Below, piece after piece: positions 49,571 to 52,116 of a stretch of DNA of 52,116 nucleotides. The stretch lies in contig MQRK01229041.1 of assembly GCA_001938485.1 (NCBI GenBank), positions 1 to 52,116 on the forward strand, in the 5' to 3' direction. The position numbers and the translations under genes are program-made. The DNA is from Girardia tigrina. Its lineage: Eukaryota. A model generated the notes under the pieces. The model saw nothing but the letters and a program-made list of their open reading frames with translations. It did not search any database and was not told the origin of the DNA. Within the stretch, counting starts at the first letter, position 1. Every line of letters starts with the position of its first letter.

Positions 49571-49697
49571 TTTTCCATAAAAAAATATACTTTGAAAGTT
49601 TTTGAATAACATTAAAATATTTTAAAAGCCTCTTTTTAAGACGTATCACATAATAGTTTTATAACTATATAAATAGTAATTAATCACGTTTTTTCTC

Positions 49698-49745
49698 ATT
49701 AAACTGAAGATTTCGTAATGGCGAAACTCGTATGTTGAATAAATT
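49698..49745 (+). ncRNA. Degenerate hammerhead-like motif
   Basis: CTGAAGA-TTTCGTAATGGC-GAAA-CTCG-TA-TGTTG-AATAAA with upstream TATAAATA. Helices I and II pair poorly. Confidence 0.4.
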
Positions 49746-49800
49746 TGAAAATTAATATAAATTCTATTATTCGTTATATATATATAAATATATATATATA

Positions 49801-50864
49801 CAGCTGTGGACAAAAGTCTGTTGACTTTCACATTTTCTACACATTAAGTGCACAAAATGATAATATGTTATTAAAAAAGCTGTAGACAAATGAATAATTT
49901 GTATAANNNNNNNNNNNNNNNNNNNNNNNNNNNNNNNNNNNNNNNNNNNNNNNNNNNNNNNNNNNNNNNNNNNNNNNNNNNNNNNNNNNNNNNNNNNNNN
50001 NNNNNNNNNNNNNNNNNNNNNNNNNNNNNNNNNNNNNNNNNNNNNNNNNNNNNNNNNNNNNNNNNNNNNNNNNNNNNNNNNNNNNNNNNNNNNNNNNNNN
50101 NNNNNNNNNNNNNNNNNNNNNNNNNNNNNNNNNNNNNNNNNNNNNNNNNNNNNNNNNNNNNNNNNNNNNNNNNNNNNNNNNNNNNNNNNNNNNNNNNNNN
50201 NNNNNNNNNNNNNNNNNNNNNNNNNNNNNNNNNNNNNNNNNNNNNNNNNNNNNNNNNNNNNNNNNNNNNNNNNNNNNNNNNNNNNNNNNNNNNNNNNNNN
50301 NNNNNNNNNNNNNNNNNNNNNNNNNNNNNNNNNNNNNNNNNNNNNNNNNNNNNNNNNNNNNNNNNNNNNNNNNNNNNNNNNNNNNNNNNNNNNNNNNNNN
50401 NNNNNNNNNNNNNNNNNNNNNNNNNNNNNNNNNNNNNNNNNNNNNNNNNNNNNNNNNNNNNNNNNNNNNNNNNNNNNNNNNNNNNNNNNNNNNNNNNNNN
50501 NNNNNNNNNNNNNNNNNNNNNNNNNNNNNNNNNNNNNNNNNNNNNNNNNNNNNNNNNNNNNNNNNNNNNNNNNNNNNNNNNNNNNNNNNNNNNNNNNNNN
50601 NNNNNNNNNNNNNNNNNNNNNNNNNNNNNNNNNNNNNNNNNNNNNNNNNNNNNNNNNNNNNNNNNNNNNNNNNNNNNNNNNNNNNNNNNNNNNNNNNNNN
50701 NNNNNNNNNNNNNNNNNNNNNNNNNNNNNNNNNNNNNNNNNNNNNNNNNNNNNNTACACCCGTTACATTATTTAAATGTTATAACTATTCTGCTGTAAAT
50801 GTCATAAATTTATCAAATATATTGTGCTAAAATGTGAGAGTCAACAGACTTTTGTCCACAGCTG
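49801..50864. mobile_element. Tc1-like element spanning an assembly gap
   Basis: TA|CAGCTGTGGACAAAAGTCTGTTGACT... and ...AGTCAACAGACTTTTGTCCACAGCTG|TA: ~36-bp TIR with TA TSD. The interior is mostly N. Confidence 0.88.
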
Positions 50865-51121
50865 TAGTTTTAATTATCCAACTTTCGAATATATTAATTA
50901 GACTAATTTTTCTTTTTGTTATGATATTAATCCCTTCTTTTTTATATTTACGTTTTCGGGTAAGATCAATTACATAAAATTAAATAAATTAAATAAATGA
51001 GTTCATATATAATTACGTTATCTGTCAGCTCACTTTATTATTTGGATGTTATCAAGGGTTATTAGTTTAGATCTTACCACTCAACTGAAGTTTATTAAAT
51101 AGCCTTAGATATAAAGAAATC

Positions 51122-52116
51122 TTAGATTGGTCGAAAAATAATCGCGGTTTTGAAACACAAACTTCAAAGACGTGCAAATTCACAGAAACAAAAGTTTATT
51201 AATTAAAGTATGAACCGTTGGCATCAATACATTTTTGCCAACGAGAAACAAGTTGTTTTATTCCATCAGCATAAAATGCATCGGTTCTCGAAGCGACGAA
51301 TTCTTGGAAGGCATTTTGAGCATCATTTTGGTTTTTGAAAATTTTTTCACGTAGGATGTTGTACAAATGCCAGAAAAAGTAGAAGTCGGTTGGCGAGAGG
51401 TCTGGTGAATATGGTGGATGAAGCAGGGTTTCATAACCCAACTCATTAAGCTTTTGAAGAGTCACTTTTGAAATATGAGGTCTAGCGTTATCATGAAGAA
51501 GGATGGGATTTTTTCGATTGACCAATCCCGGACAAAGGGTTTTCAATTTTTTATGTATTTCATCAATTTCATGACAGTATCTCTCCGCTGTGATTGTTTC
51601 ACCTGGATTCAAGAAACTATAGTGGATGATTCCAGCATCACACCACCAAACTGTCACCATAACCTTACGGGTGTTAGTGTCGGTTTTGGAAAGTGTTTCG
51701 GTACTTCATCTTTGTCCAACCACTGTGCAGATCGACGTCGGTTATCATACAGGATCCATTTCTCATCACAGGTAACAATACAATCAAGAAATGGATCGTT
51801 TTTATTGCGAAGATGATTGGCAGAACAAATTTCATAGCGTCGGCTCTTTTGATTTTCATTCAAATCATGTGGAACCCATTTATCAAGTTTCTTGATTTTT
51901 CCAAGTTGTTTTAAATGATTCAGGACTGTTGAATGACTAATGCCCAACCTATCAGCAAGTTCTCTGATTGTTGTACGGGGATCTGTTTCCCCATTGATCT
52001 CAAATTATCGTTGTTCACAGCAACTGGACGACCACGACCTTCTTCATCTTCAAGGTTTTCATCTCCATCAGAAAATTTTCGGAACCATCGTTGCACTGTG
52101 CGCTCAGAAGCTGTTC
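51122..52116 (-). mobile_element. Mariner (cecropia/Hsmar1-like), frameshifted, runs off window end
   Basis: KLDKWVPHDL, VTCDEKWILYDN, HDNARPH, HPPYSPDLSPTDFYFF and SRWQKCIDANGSYFN. TIR-like TTAGATTGGTCGAAAAATAATCGCGGTTTT at 51122. Confidence 0.94.

Noticed and set aside
49767-50798. Two ORFs of 300+ aa
   Set aside because: Artefacts of translating N runs.

Overview
This is very AT-rich eukaryotic genomic DNA with N-gaps and (TA)n tracts. Its composition, 51-nt mini-intron and TE repertoire resemble a planarian or similar invertebrate, which is an inference. The one host gene I can support is a + strand (proto)cadherin with four internal exons: 5727-6110, 41678-41821 (missed by the ORF track), 43973-44272 and 44324-44465. 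They splice in frame into continuous cadherin repeats across a 35.6-kb intron. Nearly everything else is decayed TE: at least eight mariner/Tc1 copies, two pogo/Tigger, piggyBac-type ends, a hAT fragment, a probable Chapaev, Ty3/gypsy elements and solo LTRs, a BEL/Pao protease fragment and six Penelope-like (PLE) fragments. Top observations: (1) a GC-rich, 15/21-bp-phased array of about a dozen 14-bp RFX X-box-like palindromes with a CCAAT box (36003-36336) inside the large intron; (2) three covarying minimal hammerhead ribozymes downstream of PLE endonuclease ORFs, plus a degenerate fourth; (3) a CCCH zinc finger in frame with a BEL/Pao-type protease; (4) a recursive-splice-like exon start and a stop-free hydrophobic 51-nt intron in the cadherin. 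All family assignments come from recognised motifs, not database searches.
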